Shown here piece by piece: positions 8,871 through 16,376 of a stretch of 49,367 nucleotides of DNA. How positions within the stretch are numbered: the first letter of the stretch is position 1; each line of letters begins with the position of its first letter. Under the pieces are notes generated by a model that saw only the letters and a program-made list of their open reading frames with translations, was not told where the DNA came from and searched no databases. This DNA is from Candidatus Parcubacteria bacterium (GTDB taxonomy: Bacteria; Patescibacteriota; Microgenomatia; Levybacterales; GWA1-39-11): the NCBI GenBank assembly GCA_003599595.1, contig QZIP01000049.1, positions 1-49,367 of the forward strand, given 5' to 3'. Both the position numbers and the translations under genes were made by a program.

Positions 8871-9185
8871 ATGAATAGAATTCCACTTCCACCAGAAGGT
8901 CGTATGACTAGAGATTCGGTTGATTTCACCAAACAAAATCCATTATATAGGTGGTATCACCGCAGGTATGAATTTAAGCCAATTCCAAGTGAATATGAAA
9001 TCAATTTTGAAGAGTATAAAAAAAGAGTGTGTGAAAGAAAATATGAACCATATAATCCAATGTATAGAGGTTTGCAAGTCTTAGAACAAGATCATACAAT
9101 TAAAAGATCAAAAACTAGTGTAGAATATTGGGTTTATGGGAATACAGCGGAGAATCCATTATACAGGAAAGTTCAAACATGGTAG
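8871..9185 (+). CDS. hypothetical protein
   Basis: ATG right after the previous stop, GAGGG SD. Confidence 0.55.
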   Translation: MNRIPLPPEGRMTRDSVDFTKQNPLYRWYHRRYEFKPIPSEYEINFEEYKKRVCERKYEPYNPMYRGLQVLEQDHTIKRSKTSVEYWVYGNTAENPLYRKVQTW

Positions 9186-9550
9186 AAGAAGAGAAACTTG
9201 AATGGCAGTTTCCGACATATTTGTTGTTCATAGTAACAACGGCTTGGGCACATCAAAATTTAGATTTAATAAAAGAACATTGGAATCAAGTTAGAGAATA
9301 TTGTAAAACAGAAGAGAAAGTGGAACAACCAAAAGAAAATCCCACAGTAGCGGTTGAAAACACAAAACAAAAACCACCTGTAATAAACCATTCATATTAC
9401 ATACCACCTGTTCATATCGTTCAAACACCTCAACAAGTTTACTATACTTCTAGTTTTAGAGTCCAGCCGTTTCCAGTAGTGAGAAGAAACGCAATAATTG
9501 TAAATTCTTCTTTTAGAAATAGAAATAATAGAGGTATTTTTAGGAGATAA
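9179..9550 (+). CDS. hypothetical protein with TM segment and Pro/Arg-rich tail
   Basis: Hydrophobic stretch FPTYLLFIVTTAW; start inferred at MVEEEK. Confidence 0.55.
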   Translation: MVEEEKLEWQFPTYLLFIVTTAWAHQNLDLIKEHWNQVREYCKTEEKVEQPKENPTVAVENTKQKPPVINHSYYIPPVHIVQTPQQVYYTSSFRVQPFPVVRRNAIIVNSSFRNRNNRGIFRR

Positions 9551-9551
9551 T

Positions 9552-9902
9552 ATGGAAAGAACTGAGTGTAATCTTGAAACATATATGCGTTTCCTAATGG
9601 AAACCATAAATCCAAACAATGAATTTACACCGAGTGTTTATTGGAATAAAAATGGAGATCAAATTGAAGTTTGGTGGAAACGTGATAGTTACTATGCAGA
9701 GAACTTTTATGGAAAAGAATATCCATTAGGAGCTAAGTACATTTCTCAAGAAACTGGTGAAGTGATTGGTGTTTGTATATATGGAATAGAAAATTTATTA
9801 TTCAAAGATAATATGTTAAGTAGGGAACCAGAAAGACAGATGATGGATGCTAAGTTTGCCGAATGGGCAGCAAAACAGGAGAATGTTAATGAGACATCCT
9901 AA
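9552..9902 (+). CDS. hypothetical protein (weak DUF2283-like pattern)
   Basis: AGGAG SD; YWNKNGDQIEV ... ETGEVIGVCIYG. Confidence 0.6.
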   Translation: MERTECNLETYMRFLMETINPNNEFTPSVYWNKNGDQIEVWWKRDSYYAENFYGKEYPLGAKYISQETGEVIGVCIYGIENLLFKDNMLSREPERQMMDAKFAEWAAKQENVNETS

Positions 9903-10194
9903 TTGTACATGTCCTTATAGTGGGCCTGTCCGTACTGGGGACCACTATGCATGTCCATTTCATAAAACTTATGATGCTATAATTAATGGTCAACATGTAA
10001 AAGTACTGCCATATGCTCAGACGGTTGAATCTGAAATGACTAGGATGAAACAGTTATTGGCTAAATGTCTATGGGAGTTACGTCAGCATAATGCTGAATA
10101 TGCTCACATCACCAAGGAGGATTTCCTACGTGAATTAGAGCAATATTGCACCGATGCTGACAAAGATAAAAGCCAAGAACTTCCAAAGCCTTGA
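9889..10194 (+). CDS. hypothetical protein
   Basis: AGGAG SD; CTC...CPFH Zn-like motif. Confidence 0.55.
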   Translation: MRHPNCTCPYSGPVRTGDHYACPFHKTYDAIINGQHVKVLPYAQTVESEMTRMKQLLAKCLWELRQHNAEYAHITKEDFLRELEQYCTDADKDKSQELPKP

Positions 10195-11068
10195 AGAAAT
10201 AGAAGTTGATCTAAATCATCCAGTTACAGTATTTTGTGGAAAAACAGGTTCAGGTAAAAGTAGCTTGTTACGAGCTCTTAGATGGATTGTTTTAAATCTG
10301 CAACCACAAAAAGTAAACTTTGTTAAACGTGGTAAAAAAACATTTGCTGTTGAGTTAGAAGTTGATGGAAATCTAATCAATAGAACCAAACCAGATAATG
10401 TGTATAGATTAAATGGATCTGAATACAAAGCGTTTGGTACTAAAATTCCAGAAGATATTGATAAGATACTAAATGTTGACAAACTCAACTTTTCTCATCA
10501 ATTAGATGGTCCTTTTTGGTTTGATTTGAGTCCTGGTCAAGTAAGCAAAGAACTTAATTCAATCATAAATTTGGAAGTGATAGATTCCTCGTTATCTAAA
10601 GCTAAATCGTCTATCACTTCTTCTAAAAAAGAATCTGAGGTATGTCAAAATAGATTGAAGGAAGCCAAGGCTAAAAAAAAGAGTCTGTTATGGGTGAAAG
10701 AACTCAATATTGATTTGAAAAAGTTAGAGGAGATGAAAAGTGAAATTATGGAACTTAGTGTACAAGCCTCTAGGATATCTGAATTAATAAAAGCCGGGGC
10801 TAACGCCGCTATTAAAGTTCAGACGCTTTCGCAAGCCTTCCTAGACTGCGAGGAAGCCCTCTCAAAATACCCCTTAGACCTAATTAATAAGGTTAAGAAG
10901 CTTCAATCATTATTACAAGAGTCTGAAGCAGCTAAAAAGAGGTTAGATGAGGCTGAAAAATCTGAAAAGGAAGCCCAATCTAAACTAGATGAAATTAAAG
11001 GTGTATCATGTCCAACTTGTGGAAAAGAGATGAATTCTGATGAATACGACAATCACGAAGAAGAATAA
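10154..11068 (+). CDS. Rad50/SbcC (gp46-like) ATPase, N-terminal half
   Basis: IKAKNFQS strand, Walker A GKTGSGKS, Q-loop NFSHQLD, coiled coil, terminal zinc hook CPTCG; no Walker B. Confidence 0.85.
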   Translation: MLTKIKAKNFQSLEEIEVDLNHPVTVFCGKTGSGKSSLLRALRWIVLNLQPQKVNFVKRGKKTFAVELEVDGNLINRTKPDNVYRLNGSEYKAFGTKIPEDIDKILNVDKLNFSHQLDGPFWFDLSPGQVSKELNSIINLEVIDSSLSKAKSSITSSKKESEVCQNRLKEAKAKKKSLLWVKELNIDLKKLEEMKSEIMELSVQASRISELIKAGANAAIKVQTLSQAFLDCEEALSKYPLDLINKVKKLQSLLQESEAAKKRLDEAEKSEKEAQSKLDEIKGVSCPTCGKEMNSDEYDNHEEE

Positions 11069-11348
11069 GCAAATGGTGTATGCAGATTTCAATAATTTAG
11101 ATGAAAAGCCAAATTGGATTCGTCTCAATTGTCTTGGAACAATTCGAGATATGAAAAGTTGGAGAATCATTCCAGAAGAAGGTAGACCAATTACGTTTTA
11201 TACAGATGATATGGATGATGACAAAAACACAGATAATATTTTAATTGAAGGAAAATTCCATTACAATTCTAAATCTAAACAATGGGTAGCCATTTTAGAT
11301 TGGGACACCTTGAGGCATGAAAGCGATGAACAACGAAAATCAAAATAA
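11040..11348 (+). CDS. conserved hypothetical protein
   Basis: YADFNN...IRLNCLGTIRD motif; 102 aa. Confidence 0.65.
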   Translation: MNTTITKKNKQMVYADFNNLDEKPNWIRLNCLGTIRDMKSWRIIPEEGRPITFYTDDMDDDKNTDNILIEGKFHYNSKSKQWVAILDWDTLRHESDEQRKSK

Positions 11349-11460
11349 TGATCTTTTTACGGCCATAGCTTATTTATTAGCTGTTGCTATTTTCTTATTT
11401 GTAATGTTTTTCATAGTAGTTCCGTCATTGACTACTGGTCTTATGCCACTTGTTAGATAA
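11326..11460 (+). CDS. tiny TM protein (44 aa, not in ORF track)
   Basis: AIAYLLAVAIFLFVMFFIVVP helix; its stop overlaps the next ATG (TAATG). Confidence 0.55.
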   Translation: MNNENQNNDLFTAIAYLLAVAIFLFVMFFIVVPSLTTGLMPLVR

Positions 11461-12752
11461 TGTCAAAACTTAAAATTTTTGTATTTGGTAGTAATCGGGA
11501 AGGAAGGCACGGTAAAGGTGCAGCACTTACAGCACGAAACCATCATGGAGCTATTTATGGTCAAGCAGAAGGAATCCAGGGAAATTCTTATGCAATTATT
11601 ACAAAAGAACTTAGAAAAGAATTTCCTCCAATTACATTGGAAGAAGTTAAACGTGGAGTGGATTCCTTCCTGGATTTCGCCAGGATACGACAAGACTGCG
11701 ATTTTGAAGTCTCTCCAATAGGATGCGGGTTAGCTGGTTTTATTCCAGAGCAGATAGCTCCTTTATTTGTCAAAAAAACTCCAAACGTACATCTTCCTCC
11801 AGAGTTTACTAAAATCATAAATGATGATCCAATTATTGCTATTACCACAAATGATTGGCATTTATGGCCTACTCCTCCTAGATTCAGAAGTTCAGAAAAA
11901 GACTGGCTTAATGTAATGGCCGGTTATCTTGAACAAATTACAAATCTACTTCCTTCAGCACCTTCTGGAGTTCCAGTTGTAATGGCTGGGGATATGTTTG
12001 ATAGATTTGATCCACCTGCTTCTTTTATTTCATGGTGTATGGATCACATACCAGAATGTTATGTTGTGGCTGGACAGCATGATCTTCCATATCATAGATT
12101 AGAAGACATTGATAAATCTGCGTTAGGAGTTATGATTAAGTTGGGGAGATGTAAGTTACTTAGTTCAAGATCACCTCAACCAGTTTACCATAATAACTTG
12201 GTTCTACATGGTTTTTCATGGAATCAAGAAGTTAGACCATTAAAAAGAGAAGATAATGATAAGAGAATTCATTTGGCTGTTATACATGCATATATTTGGA
12301 CAAAAAATACCTGTTATCCAGGAGCGTCGGAAGAGAGTCGGCTGGCAGCGTGGCAGAAGAAGTTAAAAGGTTATGATGCAGCTGTGTTTGGTGATAATCA
12401 CAAATCGTTTTTCATAACCAAAAAGGGACCATGTCCCATTTTAAATACTGGAAGTTTTATGGTCCGTAAATCAGACGAACGCGGACATAAACCATCAGTA
12501 GGTATTCTTCATGAAAGCGGTAAGTTGACACGTCATTATTTAGATATCTCAAAAGACAATTATTTTGATCCTTTAGAAGGAATGGAAAGTACACTTAGAG
12601 GTGAATCAGATGAATATGCTAGAGAAGCAATTGCTGAATTAGAAGCTTTAGGTGATCTAGGTCTTGACTTCAAATCATCTGTAAACCAATGGGCAGAAGT
12701 TCATAAAGTAAGAGATTCTGTTAGAAAGTTGTTGTTGGAGATGATGGAATGA
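11460..12752 (+). CDS. Mre11/SbcD (gp47-like) metallophosphoesterase nuclease fused to an N-terminal macro-like (A1S_2505-type) domain
   Basis: Residues 1-120: IFVFGSNREGRHGKGAA...IGCGLAG. Rest: DWH, AGDMFD, GQHD, IHAY, GDNH, NTGS phosphoesterase motifs. Confidence 0.85.
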   Translation: MSKLKIFVFGSNREGRHGKGAALTARNHHGAIYGQAEGIQGNSYAIITKELRKEFPPITLEEVKRGVDSFLDFARIRQDCDFEVSPIGCGLAGFIPEQIAPLFVKKTPNVHLPPEFTKIINDDPIIAITTNDWHLWPTPPRFRSSEKDWLNVMAGYLEQITNLLPSAPSGVPVVMAGDMFDRFDPPASFISWCMDHIPECYVVAGQHDLPYHRLEDIDKSALGVMIKLGRCKLLSSRSPQPVYHNNLVLHGFSWNQEVRPLKREDNDKRIHLAVIHAYIWTKNTCYPGASEESRLAAWQKKLKGYDAAVFGDNHKSFFITKKGPCPILNTGSFMVRKSDERGHKPSVGILHESGKLTRHYLDISKDNYFDPLEGMESTLRGESDEYAREAIAELEALGDLGLDFKSSVNQWAEVHKVRDSVRKLLLEMME

Positions 12753-13000
12753 TCACGTTAGATAAATACCAAGAATTGGTAAGATTGAGAGATAATTTAA
12801 GAAGAAAGAAAGATCAGGCTCAAGGTGCATACGACCAAATTATCTCTAGATTCAAATCTGAGTGCGATGCTGAAACAGCAGAAGAAGCTCAAGCAAAAGT
12901 AGATAAAATCAATAAGAAAATAGAAGTTAAAATGCCTGTATTTGAAACAGCTGAAAAGGCTTTTTGGGATAAATGGGGCGAAACATTGGAGAAAATGTAA
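12749..13000 (+). CDS. small coiled-coil protein, possibly an accessory subunit of the split nuclease
   Basis: ATGA-coupled to Mre11; heptad-like helical sequence. Confidence 0.6.
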   Translation: MITLDKYQELVRLRDNLRRKKDQAQGAYDQIISRFKSECDAETAEEAQAKVDKINKKIEVKMPVFETAEKAFWDKWGETLEKM

Positions 13001-13203
13001 TGGATAAGTTATATGAAATATGGTATGTAGGGTATACATCTTACCCTATGTTGAAAACAATTACAGTTACTAATTATCAAAGAAATCAACTGATTTCTAC
13101 AAACAGAGATAAATTACAAGATGAATGTGATTATCTAAATCACATATGTGATGCAGATGAATATTATGAAATAAGAGAAGTGAACACAAATGAAAGAGTT
13201 TAA
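13000..13203 (+). CDS. hypothetical protein
   Basis: TAATG overlap; GGAG SD. Confidence 0.55.
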   Translation: MDKLYEIWYVGYTSYPMLKTITVTNYQRNQLISTNRDKLQDECDYLNHICDADEYYEIREVNTNERV

Positions 13204-13303
13204 AGCTGCTGTTATTTTCATACTTGTTGTATGCATTATTATCAATTTGATAATTGGTTTTTGTGTTGGTACGTTCCAGCTTTGGAAATGGATTTTAGGA
13301 TAA
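13190..13303 (+). CDS. tiny TM protein (37 aa, not in ORF track)
   Basis: MKEFKAAVIFILVVCIIINLIIGFCVGTFQLWKWILG. Confidence 0.5.
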   Translation: MKEFKAAVIFILVVCIIINLIIGFCVGTFQLWKWILG

Positions 13304-13313
13304 AGGAGAAAAG

Positions 13314-13631
13314 ATGAAGGATTTGATTATTGTTTCAGTGCTAACATTTATTTCAATAACAATAAATATCATATTGAATTCTAAAATTGCATCCTTAAAG
13401 AAACAACTAGCCAAGGCCAAAGAACCAGTTCAAAAAGTAGCACATAGACTTCCTACTCCTGATATTGATTTAATTAGAGAGAACCGCAGATTAGCTTGTT
13501 TGGTTCCACGAATGGAAAAGGAACTTAAATTTTGGAAACAAGAAGCACAAAGATGGATGCCACGTCAATATAGTAATTCATATATAGAATCTGAAATTAC
13601 CCTTGCTGAAGCTATTTCTTGGATTAGATAA
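13314..13631 (+). CDS. membrane-anchored coiled-coil hypothetical protein
   Basis: AAGGAG SD; N-terminal TM helix. Confidence 0.6.
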   Translation: MKDLIIVSVLTFISITINIILNSKIASLKKQLAKAKEPVQKVAHRLPTPDIDLIRENRRLACLVPRMEKELKFWKQEAQRWMPRQYSNSYIESEITLAEAISWIR

Positions 13632-13633
13632 TA

Positions 13634-14236
13634 ATGTTGGATCTTTCCCAAATACGTCAGAAAACGAACAAATTACTTCATGAACGTGAATTTGCAGCCA
13701 AGCAAGTAGAACTAGAAAAAGCAGCTTTAGAAAAGATTGAAAACAAACTGAAGGATCTCACAGAAGTTCAAGAGATTCTTCAACTTCACGCAGAAGCTGT
13801 TCAGAATAGAGCACAAAAACAAATCTCTTCAATTGCTACTCAAAGTCTTAAACATGTATATGGACCAAATGTAGAATTTAGAATTGAATTCAAGCGTTCT
13901 AAAGGTAAAACAGAAGCAGAATTGAAATTCATAAAAGATGGTCAAGAGTTTGATCCCAAAGAAGAAACAGGTGGTGGAGAATTAGATGTAGCTTCTTTGG
14001 CTCTTAGAATGTCTTGTTTGATGTTATCCAGACCAAGACTTCGTAGATTAATAGTTGCTGATGAGCCGTTTAGAAATATCAATGGTGAAGAATATCAACA
14101 AAGAGCTGGAAATTTAATTCAGCTCCTTGCTGAAGAAATGAAAGTACAATTTGTTGTTGTTTCGGACGACGAATGGCTTAAAGTGGGTAATGTAATTGAT
14201 ATGTCAACATTGAAGAATAAGAAATTACATCAGTAG
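13634..14236 (+). CDS. Rad50/SbcC ATPase, C-terminal half
   Basis: Coiled coil, signature variant TGGGELDVASLALR, Walker B LIVADEPF, final strand VVVSDD. Confidence 0.82.
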   Translation: MLDLSQIRQKTNKLLHEREFAAKQVELEKAALEKIENKLKDLTEVQEILQLHAEAVQNRAQKQISSIATQSLKHVYGPNVEFRIEFKRSKGKTEAELKFIKDGQEFDPKEETGGGELDVASLALRMSCLMLSRPRLRRLIVADEPFRNINGEEYQQRAGNLIQLLAEEMKVQFVVVSDDEWLKVGNVIDMSTLKNKKLHQ

Positions 14237-15006
14237 ATCAAATTGACCTTTTTCAATAATTTTATCCACATTATTAACTTTCTTCCCTGTTCTATGATCT
14301 ACACATCTTGATTCCATATAATTATACGTCCTGATTTTATCACCTCTCCCACCATCTCCTAACTGCTGTTTTCTTATATCTTTATATGATGAAAACTTCT
14401 GATTGTTAGTCAATTCAGTTATTTTAGCAGATAATACCCTTCTAGCTTCTTTTCTATTCTTTCCTTGATCCCTTCCATTAATAAACACGGATAAACCAGT
14501 TGGTTTGTGTTTCAATCGAACTGCACTAGCTACCTTATTAACATTTTGTCCACCTGCGCCTTGTTTTCCAGTTTGAAATGATTCTTCTAAATCTTTTTCT
14601 TGTAAATTAATTTTAGAATTCTGTGGTGGAAGTGGAAGTACAGCAACAGAAATCATAGAAGTTTGTTTTCTTCCATTATGTTCTGTAGGTGGTATTCTTT
14701 GTACACAGTGTTTACCAGATTCCATACGGAATAATTTACCAGCATTACTACCAGTAAACTTGGCTACTATGTGTCCAGGATCATTATCTAATAATTCAGA
14801 TTTTAAACCATTACGAATAGCATATTTGACATATGCATCATAAAGGTTTTCTACAAACAGCTTACTATCGGTTCCACCAACACCGAATTGAATTTCAACA
14901 ACTATTTCTGAGGAAAGGTCAAAGCCAGTCCTTACCTCCAGAGCTATTATTAGCTAGTTGTTGAGAGGAGCTAAAGACACCCCCATGGTTGATTTGAATT
15001 ATTCAT
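14225..15006 (-). CDS. class-1 peptide chain release factor (RF1-like PxT, GGQ; lacks domain 1), predicted to need two +1 programmed frameshifts, about 259 aa
   Basis: Motifs VEIQFGVGGTDSKLF, ESGKHCVQRIPPTE, GRKQTS, GAGGQNVNK, HKPTG, GDKIRTYNY, DHR. Homology runs 65 codons upstream of ATG 14725 with no ATG/GTG/TTG in that frame. SD-led ATG at 15006 joins via CTT-TAG-C and CTT-TGA-C. Confidence 0.88.
14918..14939 (-). promoter_or_regulatory. RF2-style +1 frameshift cassette 2 (UGA-containing)
   Basis: GGAGGT AAGGAC TGG CTT TGA C; the +1 frame (GAC) is the release-factor frame. Confidence 0.8.
14970..14985 (-). promoter_or_regulatory. RF2-style +1 frameshift cassette 1 (UAG-containing)
   Basis: TGGGGG TGT CTT TAG C versus E. 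coli prfB AGGGGG TAT CTT TGA C: same internal SD, 3-nt spacer and slippery CUU-U. Confidence 0.8.
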
Positions 15007-15056
15007 TGTGGAACCTTTCTAAACAAATTGAAAATAATTAACCGGCCCTAAACCCT

Positions 15057-15083
15057 ATTATAACGTTCAAACGTGTCTTACAA
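15057..15083 (-). promoter_or_regulatory. putative sigma70-type promoter of the release factor gene, with palindrome ACGTT-TG-AACGT in the spacer
   Basis: TTGTAA-15 nt-TATAAT about 50 nt upstream of ATG 15006; spacer is short. Confidence 0.45.
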
Positions 15084-15132
15084 CTGTATAAACTTGGCAA
15101 ACAAATAATAAAAATGAACCTTAACCGCGTTA

Positions 15133-15951
15133 TTAAGCGTAATAATCTTCTGGAATCATTTCATTTGGTCTGGTGTCTAATTCCATACTTTCAGTAATTT
15201 TTGCCATAAATGGTTCAATTAGTTCTTGATTTTGCTTTTCGATTTTTTCTATTACTGAAACTATTTTTCTATCAGACCATCCATTACGAACCCCAATTTC
15301 CAATACTCCTTCAGGTGTTAGTAAGTATTGATAGCCTTGATTTGTATTAGGATGATTACCTTTTTTGGGTTTTATAGGAATACGTTCAATCAAGTTATTT
15401 TTGATAAGTCTCTGCAATATACCACTAACTGATGAGGGTTTTAGATTTGAATCATTTTTATTGTATTCCCTACTTATAGAAGAATAATTATTGTTCCCAT
15501 TTAGTATTGCATTCAATACATCCTTTCCAGAAATTCCAATTTTAGCACGATTATTTGAATTTGAATTTGTTACTACTTTTGATTTGAGTTTAGCTTTTTC
15601 CTTACTGTTTCTTAATACAGGAGCCATCTTTTGTTTTTTAGGAACTACAATTTCTTCTTTTTTATGTGATGGATATATTTGATATTCCCCGGTTCTTTTG
15701 GCTGGACTGACATTATAATCCAATTTTTCAAATGCGTGAGAAGCACTACCAGATCTTATTACATATGGATCATGACTACTGTAATATGAATTAGGATCAT
15801 GTTGTTCTGCAGTGCTAGTTTTAGATTCAATTTCGTTTTTAGGTTCTTTTTTTATTTCATCTTTAACTTGTTTTAATTGTGTATTTGGATTCTTCTGTTT
15901 TGGTACAGATGTATTTTCAGAACCAGTATTTTGATTATTTGTTTCTGTCAT
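15133..15951 (-). CDS. basic protein with winged-helix-like domain; paralog of 16376..17224
   Basis: VSGILQRLIKNNLIER...YQYLLTPEG wHTH pattern; C-terminus DTRPNEMIPEDYYA. Confidence 0.7.
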   Translation of the reverse strand: MTETNNQNTGSENTSVPKQKNPNTQLKQVKDEIKKEPKNEIESKTSTAEQHDPNSYYSSHDPYVIRSGSASHAFEKLDYNVSPAKRTGEYQIYPSHKKEEIVVPKKQKMAPVLRNSKEKAKLKSKVVTNSNSNNRAKIGISGKDVLNAILNGNNNYSSISREYNKNDSNLKPSSVSGILQRLIKNNLIERIPIKPKKGNHPNTNQGYQYLLTPEGVLEIGVRNGWSDRKIVSVIEKIEKQNQELIEPFMAKITESMELDTRPNEMIPEDYYA

Positions 15952-16376
15952 TATTGCCATTTGGTAGAATAACTACTTGCAACTCTGCGAAATCCTCTTG
16001 AACGATATACAGCCCAAAAATACTTTCCTTTAGAAACAGCTTTTCTAAAAGCATCCACTTCACCTCTGCTACTGGAATACAAATATGGTAATCCAGAAGA
16101 TTTCTTAAATTGAACTAACACTTCTTCTGTTTCTGGAAAGAACTTGAACCAAAAGATATGAGAAGAAGCAGGATATAAAGCTGTTTCACCACGCCAAAAG
16201 GAATCATCTTCAACTTCTTCTTCCTCTTCTTCTCCAAATAAAGCTTCTAATAATAGTTCTTCAGCTGTTAAGTCAGTTTCTTCCTCTTCATCAATAGTAT
16301 TTGGAAACTTTTTAGATGGAAGAGGAGGTCTTTTCTGAATTTTACCAAAATTGGATTTATTGAATTGTTTAGCCAT
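15951..16376 (-). CDS. KTSC-domain protein with acidic linker
   Basis: SSHIFWFKFFPETEEVLVQFK...YLY...AVSKGKYF matches the KTSC pattern. Confidence 0.7.
   Translation of the reverse strand: MAKQFNKSNFGKIQKRPPLPSKKFPNTIDEEEETDLTAEELLLEALFGEEEEEEVEDDSFWRGETALYPASSHIFWFKFFPETEEVLVQFKKSSGLPYLYSSSRGEVDAFRKAVSKGKYFWAVYRSRGFRRVASSYSTKWQ

Noticed and set aside
495-13039. Short - strand ORFs in the left arm (e.g. 495..869, 7353..7646, 10216..10488)
   Set aside because: They overlap well-supported + strand genes and show no recognisable motifs.
11069-13633. Intron or intein explaining the Rad50 split
   Set aside because: The intervening DNA encodes Mre11 and ordinary ORFs, both halves have their own start and stop, and no splice or intein motifs were seen.
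14225-14725. ORF-track 166-aa version of the release factor, or a pseudogene call
   Set aside because: RF homology continues 65 codons upstream in frame, and both breaks fall exactly on CUU-stop-C motifs with SD-like elements, which random decay would be unlikely to produce.
14895-14940. GGAGGT at 14939-14934 as an ordinary RBS for the release factor
   Set aside because: The CTG and TTG at suitable spacing are out of frame and stop after a few codons (CTG GCT TTG ACC TTT CCT CAG AAA TAG). A non-canonical in-frame start cannot be fully excluded.
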